Of a stretch of 64,000 nucleotides of DNA, positions 26,992 to 36,659 are shown piece after piece. The notes beneath the pieces were generated by a model. It was not told the DNA's origin and did no database searches. It was given only the letters and a program-made list of their open reading frames with translations. This DNA comes from Minisyncoccota bacterium (GTDB taxonomy: Bacteria > Verrucomicrobiota > Verrucomicrobiia > Limisphaerales > UBA8199): contig DAOTCE010000006.1 of the NCBI GenBank assembly GCA_035452965.1, positions 109,941 through 173,940 on the forward strand, written 5' to 3'. How positions within the stretch are numbered: the first letter of the stretch is position 1; the number at the start of each line of letters is the position of its first letter. The position numbers and the translations under genes were made by a program.

Positions 26992-28224
26992 CTAGGGTTT
27001 GGGCGGCTCCATCAGGTCTGCCGCGTCCTTGTCGTTGGTCGCTGCCGCCTTTTCTTCCTTCTTAGGTTCCTCTTTCTTCTCAGTCAGGAGCTGGCCCCGC
27101 TCTTTGAGCAGCGAATCAACCGTCCAATTGGAAACAAGATAGATCCTCTTGCCGTAGGCTTGCTCCTGGCTCAGCTTGTCCTGGAGCTTCTTCTGGTTGT
27201 CCTTGAACTCTTTGTCCAGCTTGTCCTTGTCCTCGGGCTTCTCATCCTTGCCGGGCGTGCGTTCCTGGGGGATTTGCGCCGTGACGGACAAGGTCATCGG
27301 CAGGCTATCGTTGGTCTTCTGGCCGAGTTTGATCGCGTAGGTGAAGTTGTCGAAGGTGTCCAGCGTGATCACGGTCGGCTTGTCGAGGCCAACCTCCTCC
27401 GGTTTGGTGTCCGCCGGGAGCACGTCGTTGAAGGATGGTGATGAGAGAGCATAGGAGAAGCTGGAGGTCTTGGACGAATCCAGTTTCTCATCAGCCTTGG
27501 CATCCGCCAGTTTCCAGTCAGTAGCGTTTTCAGTGTCGCGCGTCACCTTCCAGGAATTGGTTGCCAGCGGATACGTCACAGCAACCGAGCGTATCTTCTC
27601 CACCTTGAAGAAGTCCTTGTTGAGCCACTGCTCGGGCTTGGCCTCGATGTTGCTCAACGGATCGGAGACCACAGCCACCGTCTTGGCCGACGTGCCAACC
27701 ATGACGTAACGGCCATCGGGCCAGCCTTCGCTCTCACCCATTTCGCCCATCGGCGAAGGGCGGCCTTCGGACTTGCGCATGTGGGTTTTCCCGAGCAACA
27801 AGGACCGGATCACCTTGCCGGCCTCGTCGCGCAACTCCACCAGCACGGCGGTATTGGTCCCCGGCCCGGGCGGCAGCAGCTTGTAACGGCCCAAGTGGGA
27901 AGGACCGATCTCTTCGCTCTGGGCCGCCTTGAGGTCCGCGGCTTTAAGGAGAAGACCGCTGATCTCAGAAAAGTTGGCCGGGTAATCGTTGCGTTGCTTC
28001 ACGCGCCACAGGTTATCCTTCCTGACCAGATCCAATTGGTTGGTGCCGCCCTTGATCATGATGGACGCGACGTCATTGACCGGCAGTTCGCCCAGGAGCT
28101 TTCCGGCCGATCCCTTCCGACCAGCGCCCTGCCAGGCGCTCTGGTTCCGCTGGTGCACGACCAGCCCAAGCACACCCAAAACCACCACCAATGCCAGTAG
28201 AATGAAGAGCTGTTTCCGATTCAT
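26992..28224 (-). CDS. DUF4340 domain protein (accessory to GldG-type ABC system)
   Basis: N-terminal TM helix, then ...VASIMIKGGTNQLDLVRKDNLWRVKQRNDYPAN.... The start overlaps the upstream GldG-like stop by 4 nt (28221-28224). Position downstream of gldG is typical. Confidence 0.7.
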   Translation of the reverse strand: MNRKQLFILLALVVVLGVLGLVVHQRNQSAWQGAGRKGSAGKLLGELPVNDVASIMIKGGTNQLDLVRKDNLWRVKQRNDYPANFSEISGLLLKAADLKAAQSEEIGPSHLGRYKLLPPGPGTNTAVLVELRDEAGKVIRSLLLGKTHMRKSEGRPSPMGEMGESEGWPDGRYVMVGTSAKTVAVVSDPLSNIEAKPEQWLNKDFFKVEKIRSVAVTYPLATNSWKVTRDTENATDWKLADAKADEKLDSSKTSSFSYALSSPSFNDVLPADTKPEEVGLDKPTVITLDTFDNFTYAIKLGQKTNDSLPMTLSVTAQIPQERTPGKDEKPEDKDKLDKEFKDNQKKLQDKLSQEQAYGKRIYLVSNWTVDSLLKERGQLLTEKKEEPKKEEKAAATNDKDAADLMEPPKP

Positions 28225-30140
28225 TTTGCCGAAGTCTTTCTACGGTTAACAATCGCAATAACAATGCCTGTGGCCGTCACCGCCAGGGGGATGGCCAGAA
28301 TGTTGACCCATTTGAGGCGCGTTTGCAGCGAGACAACTTCCTTGCGCAAGTCCTTCTGCACTTGCTTCAAGCGCTTGCGGGATTCCGCCTCTTCCTTCCG
28401 GAGTTTCTCCAGTTCGGTGCGCTGTTCCGGCGACAGGATGAAGCGCTGGTCCTTGTCCTTCTTCTGCGCTTGCAAGTCGTTGATCTTGCGCTGCGCCTCA
28501 GCCGCGCTGTCCTCCAGGCGCTTGATCTCGCTTTGGAACTTCACGTTGGCGGCAGCCTCCATCTCTTTCACACGGGTGAAGGGCCGGTTCATGGTGGCCC
28601 GGCTGCGCACAGCGATCAAGTTGTTGTCGCCGGTCATCTGTTCGACGATGTTCTGCGCCAGATTCAGATTGGCGTTCATGGCCATTTGCAGCGCGCCAAA
28701 CGGGCTGTCAATCCGGCGCATCGTGAACGGATCGTAGAGCATATCAGCGTCGCCGAACAGCACCACGGTATTATCGCCCTTGGTCTCCTTGAGCGAATCA
28801 TCGGCCTTCTTCTCCTCGGCCGGCTTCTCGTCCTTCTTCTCGGCATCGTCCTTCTTCTCCGCGGGAGCGCCGTCAGGAAACGCGGTCTTGAACTTGCCCG
28901 TCAGGCGAATCGCCAGGTTATAGTTCACGCCGGACGGCTTGAATTCCTTCATGATACTCTCGCCCGAGAGATTGGCGAGCATGGCGTCCACCAGTTGCGA
29001 ATCCTTCGAGCTTTGAAGGAGCACGGTCTCCTTCAAGCCCGCCACCGGGGTGCCAGTGAACGCGCCGCTCAACGGCATCCAGATATTGTCAATCTGGCTC
29101 GTGGCCACGTCATCCTTGTTGATCGCATCCGCCGTCAGGCCCAGCCAGGCTGGGGCTTCCTGCGGCTCGCCGGCACGCCCGCGCAACTGCATTTTGAACT
29201 TCAAGTCAGCCACTACCTTGCCGGTGTCAAACTGGATGCCCCAAGCTTTGAGGAGCTTGTCCAGCGAGGACCCGCCCCCGCCCATGTTCGCCATCATTTG
29301 ATTCTGCTGGCGGTTGTCGGCCAGGCACTGGGCGTCGAGGAAAGCGATCAGCTTGCCGCCCCGCAGGATGAACTGATCTATGGCGTACTGCGCCTTCTCG
29401 GAAATGTCCTTGGGCGCGACGACCACCAGCAGCTTGATCTCTTCGTCAATCTTGTCAACGTCCATACCGACCCGCTGAACGGTGAAGTCGTTCTTCAGCT
29501 CGTTGACGATCGCCCATGGCTGGCTGCCTTGCTGCCCCATCTGTTGCATCATGGGATTGGACGGCATGCCGAAGACCGGCAGCGGGCTCATCAGCCCGAT
29601 GGTCGGCTTCTCCGGATTCGCGGCGCGCACAATGGCGCGCGCCAGATCATATTCGAGCAGTCGCTCGCGATTGGGCGCCAGGAAGGGAATGGACTGGACC
29701 TGGTCGGCACACTTTACCGCCAGGCCCAGATAGAACCTGTCGGCGCCCGGCAGCGGTTGCGCCTCGATCCCATCCAGCCGTGCCGAGTCCTCGGCGTCCG
29801 AATCCGGTTGCGGGTCGTATTTCTCCACCTTGAGTTTGCCCCCCGCGACTTGCCTGTATTCGGCGACCAGGTCTTCAACCTTCCGCGCATAACCCTTGAG
29901 AAACACGGTCTCGGGTGTTGCGCTCTCGCTCTGGGTGCAGTAAAGACGAATCGTTACCGGTGTATCGAGCTTCTTCAAGATCGCCCGGGTCCCGGCAGAA
30001 AGCGTGTAGGCCTTCTCCTGGGTCAGGTCCACCCGCGTGCGCGCCGCGCCGGCGATGAAGTTGAACGCAATCAAAATGACCAGCATCACCACGATGCCAG
30101 CGGTCGAGTAGAGTATTGTCTGAAGCGATTTCTTTTGCAT
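28221..30140 (-). CDS. GldG-like ABC transporter auxiliary protein
   Basis: 639 aa with N- and C-terminal TM anchors. The N-terminus ...RVDLTQEKAYTLSAGTRAILKKLDTPVTIRLY is typical of the GldG / ABC-type uncharacterized transport system family. Lies directly downstream of the ABC-2 permease. Confidence 0.75.
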   Translation of the reverse strand: MQKKSLQTILYSTAGIVVMLVILIAFNFIAGAARTRVDLTQEKAYTLSAGTRAILKKLDTPVTIRLYCTQSESATPETVFLKGYARKVEDLVAEYRQVAGGKLKVEKYDPQPDSDAEDSARLDGIEAQPLPGADRFYLGLAVKCADQVQSIPFLAPNRERLLEYDLARAIVRAANPEKPTIGLMSPLPVFGMPSNPMMQQMGQQGSQPWAIVNELKNDFTVQRVGMDVDKIDEEIKLLVVVAPKDISEKAQYAIDQFILRGGKLIAFLDAQCLADNRQQNQMMANMGGGGSSLDKLLKAWGIQFDTGKVVADLKFKMQLRGRAGEPQEAPAWLGLTADAINKDDVATSQIDNIWMPLSGAFTGTPVAGLKETVLLQSSKDSQLVDAMLANLSGESIMKEFKPSGVNYNLAIRLTGKFKTAFPDGAPAEKKDDAEKKDEKPAEEKKADDSLKETKGDNTVVLFGDADMLYDPFTMRRIDSPFGALQMAMNANLNLAQNIVEQMTGDNNLIAVRSRATMNRPFTRVKEMEAAANVKFQSEIKRLEDSAAEAQRKINDLQAQKKDKDQRFILSPEQRTELEKLRKEEAESRKRLKQVQKDLRKEVVSLQTRLKWVNILAIPLAVTATGIVIAIVNRRKTSAK

Positions 30141-30154
30141 CGGAGCTCTCCTTC

Positions 30155-30898
30155 TTAACCCGCGCGATGCGTGCGCAGGATCACACTGGTTGTAAAGAGC
30201 GAAAACCCAATGACCGAAAGGAAGAAGAGGATGTCACGGGAATCGAGCACTCCTTTCTGGAATCCATCGAAATGGGTCATCACGCTGAACGACGTGACCA
30301 GGTCCACCAACGAAGGCGCAACCTGTTCGAGCACGTTAATGACTGGAGGAAATCCGGCCAGGATCAGGAACAGGCACACCACAAGCGAAATGATGAAGCT
30401 GACGACCTGGCTGCGCGTCAGCGCTGAGGTGATGCAACTGATAGCCAGGTAAGCGCCTGCCATAAGCCAACTGCCAATGTAGGCCGTCAGAATGACGCCA
30501 TTGTCCGGATGGCCCAGGTAATTCACAGTAATCACCACCGGGAAAGTCAACACCAGCGCCAGCGCCAGGAACAGCCACGACGCAAGGAACTTCCCAACGA
30601 TCGCCTGCCAGGCGGTGATGGGCATCGTTAGCAGCAGCTCAATGGTGCCTACCCGCCGCTCCTCGGCCCACAGCCGCATGCCAACGGCCGGTACCAGGAA
30701 CAGGTAGAACCACGGGTGCCAGTCAAAGAAAGGCCGCACCAATGAAGCCTCCTGCCGTTCGAAAAAACCGCCCACGAAGAACGTGAAGAAGCCGCACAGC
30801 AGCAGGAAGATGACGATGAAAACGTAGGCCAGCGGCGAGGTGAAGTAAGCGCCCAATTCGCGCTTCGTAATGGTCCAAACATTGCGCCAGGCGTTCAT
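30155..30898 (-). CDS. ABC-2 type transporter permease (GldF-like)
   Basis: ITKRELGAYFTSPLAYVFIVIFLLL...EERRVGTIELLLTMPI motif, six predicted TM segments. 1-nt overlap with the ATPase gene stop. Confidence 0.85.
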   Translation of the reverse strand: MNAWRNVWTITKRELGAYFTSPLAYVFIVIFLLLCGFFTFFVGGFFERQEASLVRPFFDWHPWFYLFLVPAVGMRLWAEERRVGTIELLLTMPITAWQAIVGKFLASWLFLALALVLTFPVVITVNYLGHPDNGVILTAYIGSWLMAGAYLAISCITSALTRSQVVSFIISLVVCLFLILAGFPPVINVLEQVAPSLVDLVTSFSVMTHFDGFQKGVLDSRDILFFLSVIGFSLFTTSVILRTHRAG

Positions 30899-31851
30899 TA
30901 TGCAGCCTCCTTCGCCGTGTCGGGCATGGTGATGCTCCGAAAGACCTCGTCGAGCCGGCCTTCCTCGGTCTGCAGCTGTTCAATCTGCCATTCGCGGGCC
31001 GCCTCGCCAATCGCCTGCGCCAGGGCTCCGTTGGCGCCGCTCTTCGGAAAGGCCCGCACCGTCACGCGCCCTTCGGCCTCCTCTACCACCGTCACCCGCT
31101 TAACCAGCGGCACCTGATACAACTTGCTGCTAACCGCACTGGCTGCCGCGCCTTTAACCCGCAGCGTCACAGCGCCGGCCCACTCCGACTTCTGCCGAAG
31201 TTCCTGCGGCGTGCCATTCGCGACAATCTTGCCCCGATCAATGATGATTGCCCGCGAGCACGCCGCGTCCACTTCCTCCAGGATGTGCGTCGAGAAGATG
31301 ATCGCCTTCTTCTCTCCCATTCGCCGGATTAACTGCCGCACCTCGTGCTTCTGGTTCGGGTCCAGTCCGTCCGTCGGCTCGTCCAGGACCAGCACGTCGG
31401 GATCGTGAACGATGGATTGAGCGAAGCAGGTGCGGTGACGATACCCTTTGGAGAGGGTCTCGACACTTTGGTGCAGCACCGCTTCCAGGAAGCACATCTC
31501 CACGACGCGGTTGACGGCTTGCTTCCTGGCATCGCCGCGCAGGCCGCGAATCTCCGCCGCGAAATTGAGAAAGCCATACACCGTCATGTCCGTGTACGCG
31601 GGCGCGTTTTCCGGCAGGTAGCCGATCAAACGCCGCGCTTGAATCGGGTGCTCGACGATGTCAAAGCCTCCAACGGTGACCGAACCGCCGGACGGCGGCA
31701 GGAAACCTGTGATCATGCGCATGGTGGTGGACTTGCCGGCGCCATTGGGGCCGAGGAAGCCCAGCACCTCGCCACGGTTGATCGCAAACGAGACGTCATC
31801 TACCGCCCGCTTGGTCCCGAAAACTTTTGCCAGATTCTGAACCTTAATCAT
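30898..31851 (-). CDS. ABC transporter ATP-binding protein (GldA-like)
   Basis: Walker A GPNGAGKSTT, signature LSKGYRHR, Walker B VLVLDEPTDGLD. Confidence 0.9.
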   Translation of the reverse strand: MIKVQNLAKVFGTKRAVDDVSFAINRGEVLGFLGPNGAGKSTTMRMITGFLPPSGGSVTVGGFDIVEHPIQARRLIGYLPENAPAYTDMTVYGFLNFAAEIRGLRGDARKQAVNRVVEMCFLEAVLHQSVETLSKGYRHRTCFAQSIVHDPDVLVLDEPTDGLDPNQKHEVRQLIRRMGEKKAIIFSTHILEEVDAACSRAIIIDRGKIVANGTPQELRQKSEWAGAVTLRVKGAAASAVSSKLYQVPLVKRVTVVEEAEGRVTVRAFPKSGANGALAQAIGEAAREWQIEQLQTEEGRLDEVFRSITMPDTAKEAA

Positions 31852-31925
31852 ATCGATTCTTCACATTCATCCGAAAACGACCGGTGGAGATAACCTGTTT
31901 AGGCCAAAGAGTAAAGTGTCTTCTT

Positions 31926-32034
31926 CACCAAATCGTAAGCCCTCAATCTGGTAGGGCGCTTTCGCCGAAAGCACCACCGTTTGGCCGCCTCGGCAATACA
32001 GCCCTGCCCAGGATTGAGGCCTTACACCAAATCG
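31926..32034. repeat. 89-bp inverted-repeat element flanked by 10-bp direct repeats (miniature-transposon-like footprint)
   Basis: CACCAAATCG (31926-31935), TAAGCCCTCAATCTGG (31936-51), internal sequence, CCAGGATTGAGGCCTTA (32008-24), CACCAAATCG (32025-32034). The inner arms are near-complementary and the outer 10-mers are identical direct repeats. Confidence 0.45.
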
Positions 32035-32191
32035 CCCGCCCGCACAGTTGCAGCCTGCGGGGCCTGTTCGGCAGATTTGGATTAAATTCGGGCATTTCTG
32101 TTCAAAAAAACTTAAGGGCAAGTGTGATCCGACGCGGCGAGCCGTCTTCAGCTTCCAGATTCAGGCCTCCGGACCGGCCACTTCCCCTGCC

Positions 32192-32575
32192 CTACAACCG
32201 CTCCCGCCCCGCGTAACCGGCATCCAGTTCGTGCCAAAATTCAACGTCCTCTTCGTCTTTCTCCCAGCACAAAAAGACCTCCTTCCCGCCGATTATAGCC
32301 GGGAAATCCACCAAGCCACGCTCAATGTCCTTGACCTGAATATCGCGCCGCCGGAATTCCGCCATTGCTTCCGCCACGTCAGCGATAGCCCTGATCCGCG
32401 TGTCCACCAGGTTGCCCCCCAGATCGCAGCCCGGAGACATCAGCCCGCCAATGCGCTGTTCAAGCTTCTCCAATTCGGCGTGCAGTTCGGCAAGCCGTTT
32501 CAGCCACTGCCGGATTTCGGGCAGCAGTTTCCGGGCTTCATCCCGAGTGTAGTGTGTTTGGAATTGGTAGGCCAT
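32192..32575 (-). CDS. DUF2203 domain protein
   Basis: 127 aa. ...TRDEARKLLPEIRQWLKRL...VKDIERGLVDFPAIIGGKEVFLCWEKDEEDVEFWHELDAGYAGRERL matches the DUF2203 pattern as I remember it. Confidence 0.7.
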   Translation of the reverse strand: MAYQFQTHYTRDEARKLLPEIRQWLKRLAELHAELEKLEQRIGGLMSPGCDLGGNLVDTRIRAIADVAEAMAEFRRRDIQVKDIERGLVDFPAIIGGKEVFLCWEKDEEDVEFWHELDAGYAGRERL

Positions 32576-32611
32576 GGAATTCGCATTTCGATGCTGGGCT
32601 GCCCTTTCGAC

Positions 32612-34324
32612 TCATTTGGAGCCGCCCGCCTGGATCTTCTTCCGCACTTCCTCACTCGGTTCGATGGATAGAGACTTGCGCCAGGCCTCCCGCGCCTTGT
32701 CAATTTGTTTGAGCGCGGCGTAAATGTCACCGAGGTGATCATAGACCGTGGCGTCTGGTTGCTCGATCAACTCCGCCGCCTGCAACGCGTAGGGCAGCGC
32801 CTCGCCGGGCTGGCCCTGCTTGAAAAGCACCCATGCCATGCTATCAAGGAATGCCGCGTTCCTCGGTTCCGCCTTGACGGCCTTCTCAATCAATTCGCGT
32901 GCCCGTTCAAGTTTCTCCCCGCGCTCCGCCCACATATAGCCAAGATAATTCTGCGCCTCGGCGAAGCCGGGCGCGAGCTGCAGGCACCTCTCGAAGTATT
33001 TCTCAGCCTGGGCATAATCTCCCTTCCGCTCACAGGCCGCCCCCAGCCGGAAGTAGAAATCCTCGTTCAATCGGCCCGGGTCCGTGACCTTGGCGATGAC
33101 CTCGGCGGCCAGAAAATGCCGCGAGGCCTCCGCATACGCCTTCTTCCGGCTGTAGGCTAGCCCGCTGTAATACTCCAGCGCGAAGCTCTGGGCAAACTTC
33201 TGCCGCGCCTTTTCCAGCGTCGCCAGGGCCTCACCGACCTTGTCTAACTCAATTTGCGCCAGCGCCAGGTAATAGTAGGCAGGTTCCTGGTCGGGGCGCA
33301 GCACCAGCATCTTGCTGAAATGGTCGGCAGCTTCCGCCGGCTTCTTGTCCTCCAGCGCCATGCGGCCCAGGTAATAGTATGCTTGCGGATTGGTCGGGTC
33401 ATCGCGCAAAATAGCTTGGAGCTGTTCGCTCGCCCGCTGGTGGTCGCTGCCGTGCAGGTAGATGGAAGCCAAATTGGCCCGCACCCGCTCCTCCACCAGC
33501 GGCAAGTCCGGCGGGTCCTTCAGCACTTCGAGATAAAACTGCGCGGCCTGATCTGATTCACCCAACAGGTTGAAGCCATCCGCCAGCTTGAGGCGCGACA
33601 GCGGGGTGCCGGGCCCCAGCCTGGCCGCGCGGTTAAGCAACTCCAGCGCCTTGGCGTTAGCATCTGACCGTTGCGTTGGCGCTTGCAGTCCAACTGCCGC
33701 GCAGAGTTCGGCTGCGCCGATCAGAAAGTCAGCTTCCGCGTCTGGTTGCTGTGCGGCCTCCGACAGCACTTGCAGCGCTTCCACTGGTTGCTTCTTCCCG
33801 AGGTAAACCTGGCACAGGTTTTGGTAGCCGGTCAGCGAAGCGGGCGATTTCTCGATCGCCTGACGGTTGGCGGCGAGAGCCTCATCGGGCTCATCGAGTT
33901 GTGCGTAAATCAAGCCCAGGCGCCCATAAATCTCGCCCGATGCATTGGGCCGCTGGGCCGCGCGTGTCACCAATTCGAGGGCTTTCTGCGGCTGCTTGTT
34001 CCGCAGCAGCCGGGCGGAGACTTCCAGCATGAGCGTTTCGTCGTCGGGGTCCAGCAGTGCCGCCTCGTAGTAATCCTCATCCGCTTCGGCCGAGTTTCCG
34101 TCCACCTCGTGTATGACGCCAGCGGCGTAACGGGCGTGCGCCCGGGCCAATCGCTCGGCCGCTTTGCTGTCCACCTGTTCGCGTTCCGAGACATCCTGGG
34201 CCTGGCCATCGGGCCTGCCGGGCTGCCGCGTGGGCACGGAGCCGCATCCAGCCACCAGCATGCTGCTCGCAGCCACGGCCGCCCACAGATTCCAATGACG
34301 GCAAAGCATACGGTAAAACGCCAC
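32612..34324 (-). CDS. TPR-repeat lipoprotein
   Basis: Lipobox ...SSMLVAGCGS, followed by more than 10 TPR-like units (AxxYLGxxYxxxGxxxxAxxxxxxAL pattern). Confidence 0.8.
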   Translation of the reverse strand: MAFYRMLCRHWNLWAAVAASSMLVAGCGSVPTRQPGRPDGQAQDVSEREQVDSKAAERLARAHARYAAGVIHEVDGNSAEADEDYYEAALLDPDDETLMLEVSARLLRNKQPQKALELVTRAAQRPNASGEIYGRLGLIYAQLDEPDEALAANRQAIEKSPASLTGYQNLCQVYLGKKQPVEALQVLSEAAQQPDAEADFLIGAAELCAAVGLQAPTQRSDANAKALELLNRAARLGPGTPLSRLKLADGFNLLGESDQAAQFYLEVLKDPPDLPLVEERVRANLASIYLHGSDHQRASEQLQAILRDDPTNPQAYYYLGRMALEDKKPAEAADHFSKMLVLRPDQEPAYYYLALAQIELDKVGEALATLEKARQKFAQSFALEYYSGLAYSRKKAYAEASRHFLAAEVIAKVTDPGRLNEDFYFRLGAACERKGDYAQAEKYFERCLQLAPGFAEAQNYLGYMWAERGEKLERARELIEKAVKAEPRNAAFLDSMAWVLFKQGQPGEALPYALQAAELIEQPDATVYDHLGDIYAALKQIDKAREAWRKSLSIEPSEEVRKKIQAGGSK

Positions 34325-34388
34325 CCGCCCCGTTCCGGCAGCGGGTGGCGCTGAATCGGCAACTCGGCGGCCCCGCAGGGCCTCCGCG

Positions 34389-34490
34389 CTATTTCTGCCA
34401 GGTGCGCTTCTTGTGACGATGCGCCCTCAGCTTCTTGCGCCGTTTATGCTTATTGATCTTCGCTTTCCGTCGTTTCTTCAATGAGCCCAT
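34389..34490 (-). CDS. 33-aa highly basic protein, bS22 / AURKAIP1-COX24-like
   Basis: The internal ATG 34490 of track ORF 34389..34601 gives MGSLKKRRKAKINKHKRRKKLRAHRHKKRTWQK. This closely resembles the mycobacterial bS22 sequence as I recall it ([25 protein letters not shown]...). Confidence 0.65.
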   Translation of the reverse strand: MGSLKKRRKAKINKHKRRKKLRAHRHKKRTWQK

Positions 34491-34504
34491 AGGCAGTATG
34501 TTTG

Positions 34505-34534
34505 ATTCTATTACCGCTGGCCGACCGTATGCAA
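34505..34534 (-). promoter_or_regulatory. candidate sigma70-type promoter for the bS22-like gene
   Basis: On the minus strand: TTGCAT (34534-34529), 18-nt spacer, TAGAAT (34510-34505), 14 nt before the ATG at 34490. Confidence 0.3.
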
Positions 34535-34727
34535 GCCGCAGGTGGCGCCCGCGCCGGCCCGCAACTTCCTGCGCAACCCAGCCGATCATGCCATCGGCCA
34601 TACCGTGCGGGATGTCGGCACCAAGGTCAAGCCTGCTGGCAATAGCACCGGAAAGCCGGAAGGCGAACTATCGCCACGGCAGCACCCGGGGCAGTTAATG
34701 CCCGCCCCGTTCTGCAACGCTGGCGGC

Positions 34728-36602
34728 TCAGCGCTTCTCCAACTCCAGCAGGGTCACGGAATTCGGCTGCAGGACTTGCTGCCAGGTGAACGCTGGCTGG
34801 TTGTTCTCGCCGGTCCGGCTGACAGCAAGCTCGGCTTTGCTCTGGTCGTTCCAGGCGTTGCTATGAGTGGCGTCCACCGTGGATTCCCGCCAGCGACCGG
34901 CTTTCAGGGCCGTGGGGAGCGGGTCAAGGCGAAGGCGGACGGTCCGCCGTAACGGGTAGCGGTCGCGGAAGTTCACCAGGACAATCGCCAGGCGAGCTTG
35001 CCCGGCGTCCCAGGCGGCGGCGGCGGAGACATCATCGTCGGTGCCCGTGACGCGAAGCCAGTTGCCACGCAGGCCGTTGAAGACCTTGGCGACGTTATAG
35101 GAGGCCTTGGGCAAATTATCCTTCATCAGCAGGCTGTAATCGCCGCGGAAGCCAAGGTCGCCCTGCTTGACATAGAAGAAGCACGGGCGGTCAATGCCCG
35201 CGGGGAGGAAGGCCCGGGTGATGGAGTTGGCGCACCAGGCGGCACCCAGCTCGTGGTCTTGCGGCCGGTCCGCCCACCAGGCTTCGTTCCATTCAGTGAT
35301 CATGAAGGATGCGACCGTGCGCTTCAGCTCAGGGAAATCGGCCAGGTAGGTGCGAAAGGCTTCTGCTTCCTTGACGATGATCTCGGGCGGCTGGAAGTAC
35401 TCATGCCAGCTCACAAAATCGAGAGGCAACTTCTGTTGCTGGCACCAGAGCATCAGGCCGCGAGCAAAGCCTTTGCCATGCTGACAATGGCCGTGCTCCG
35501 AGTTCTCGAACGGGCCACTGGCAAGGGCGGGGCCGCCGATCTTCGCCTGCGGATCCGCGCGCCGCACGCCGCGGGCAGTGGCGCGGTAAAGCTTGCAGTA
35601 AGCCTCGAAGCGGCGAACGACTCCGTGGTCCGTCTGCTCCTTGCCCAGCGCCGTGTTGTAGAGTTGCTGGAAGGCGTCGCTGCCGGTGTCCTCGGGACCG
35701 GGCTTGAGCCAGCCGGTGTTGACCTCGTTCCACACCTCCCAGAAGGGGATGCGTTTACCGCGTTGCAGACTGCGCTGGGCAGCCTGGAAGCATAGCTCCT
35801 CCCAGGCGGCGTAATCCCGGGGCGCGCTCTGGCGCTCGCCGTTGGGCACGGCGTCGAGGACTTGCGGCATGTAGGAAACAGCCATTATGGGGTCCGCGCC
35901 GATCTTGTTGATGAAGTCCACGCGGCGGTCGAAGTCCGACCAGTCATAGACCAGGTTGGTCCCCTGCCCTGTCTTGAGAACGCCGGTGAAGACGTTGTCC
36001 ATGCGGAACCATCTGAAGCCGCCCTCCTTGAGCTTGCGCGCCGTCGCGTCCTCGTAGTCTGACACGCCGCCACCCTGGCTGAGGCCGACAATACCATCGG
36101 GGACCTTGCCTGCCGGATGCTGCGCGTCAACCGTCAGAACCAGTGGCTCTTTGGCGCGCCAGGAATCAATGATCACCCAGTTGGCCTGGTCAAACCTGTC
36201 GCCACCTTGGACGTGCGCATACACCTGGATGGCGACGCGCACCCTGGCGCCAGGCGCGGCAGCTTCGCTCAGAATGAGGAGGGCGGGATGATCGTTGTCG
36301 AAGCGAGCCTGCAGGACGTCGTTGACCCAGGCCTCGCCGCCGTCGGCGCAGTTGATCTGCAGGCCCACCACCTTGCCGGCGGTGGCTTCGTTGCCGATGT
36401 GGCCGGGAATCTCCAACTCGGCCACCAGCCAGCGGAACTTCTGGTCGTCGGGACAGGCGTCGCCGAGTTTAATGGGAGTGCCTTCGGAGAAATTCCTGGG
36501 GGGCTGCGTTTGGCGCTGGTCGCTGGGTGACAGAACACGCCACTGCGCCGAAGCAGTAATGGCAATTGTCAGGAGCGCGGCGGTGCACAAGGAGCGAACC
36601 AT
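34728..36602 (-). CDS. secreted glycoside hydrolase, clan GH-A TIM barrel (GH39/GH5-like) with N-terminal beta-sandwich domain
   Basis: Track ORF 34728..36653. The signal peptide MVRSLCTAALLTIAITASAQ starts at ATG 36602. Acid/base-type motif FWEVWNEVN and nucleophile-type ITEWNE. Exact GH family not resolved. Confidence 0.65.
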   Translation of the reverse strand: MVRSLCTAALLTIAITASAQWRVLSPSDQRQTQPPRNFSEGTPIKLGDACPDDQKFRWLVAELEIPGHIGNEATAGKVVGLQINCADGGEAWVNDVLQARFDNDHPALLILSEAAAPGARVRVAIQVYAHVQGGDRFDQANWVIIDSWRAKEPLVLTVDAQHPAGKVPDGIVGLSQGGGVSDYEDATARKLKEGGFRWFRMDNVFTGVLKTGQGTNLVYDWSDFDRRVDFINKIGADPIMAVSYMPQVLDAVPNGERQSAPRDYAAWEELCFQAAQRSLQRGKRIPFWEVWNEVNTGWLKPGPEDTGSDAFQQLYNTALGKEQTDHGVVRRFEAYCKLYRATARGVRRADPQAKIGGPALASGPFENSEHGHCQHGKGFARGLMLWCQQQKLPLDFVSWHEYFQPPEIIVKEAEAFRTYLADFPELKRTVASFMITEWNEAWWADRPQDHELGAAWCANSITRAFLPAGIDRPCFFYVKQGDLGFRGDYSLLMKDNLPKASYNVAKVFNGLRGNWLRVTGTDDDVSAAAAWDAGQARLAIVLVNFRDRYPLRRTVRLRLDPLPTALKAGRWRESTVDATHSNAWNDQSKAELAVSRTGENNQPAFTWQQVLQPNSVTLLELEKR

Positions 36603-36659
36603 CGGTCGCAGCAATTCAACGACACCCCGCAGTCGAACACAGACAGGCCACATTCCAGG

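Noticed and set aside
28323-30158. 611-aa + strand ORF
   Set aside because: It is antisense to the GldG-like gene, which sits in a coherent four-gene ABC operon. Composition is typical of a shadow frame.
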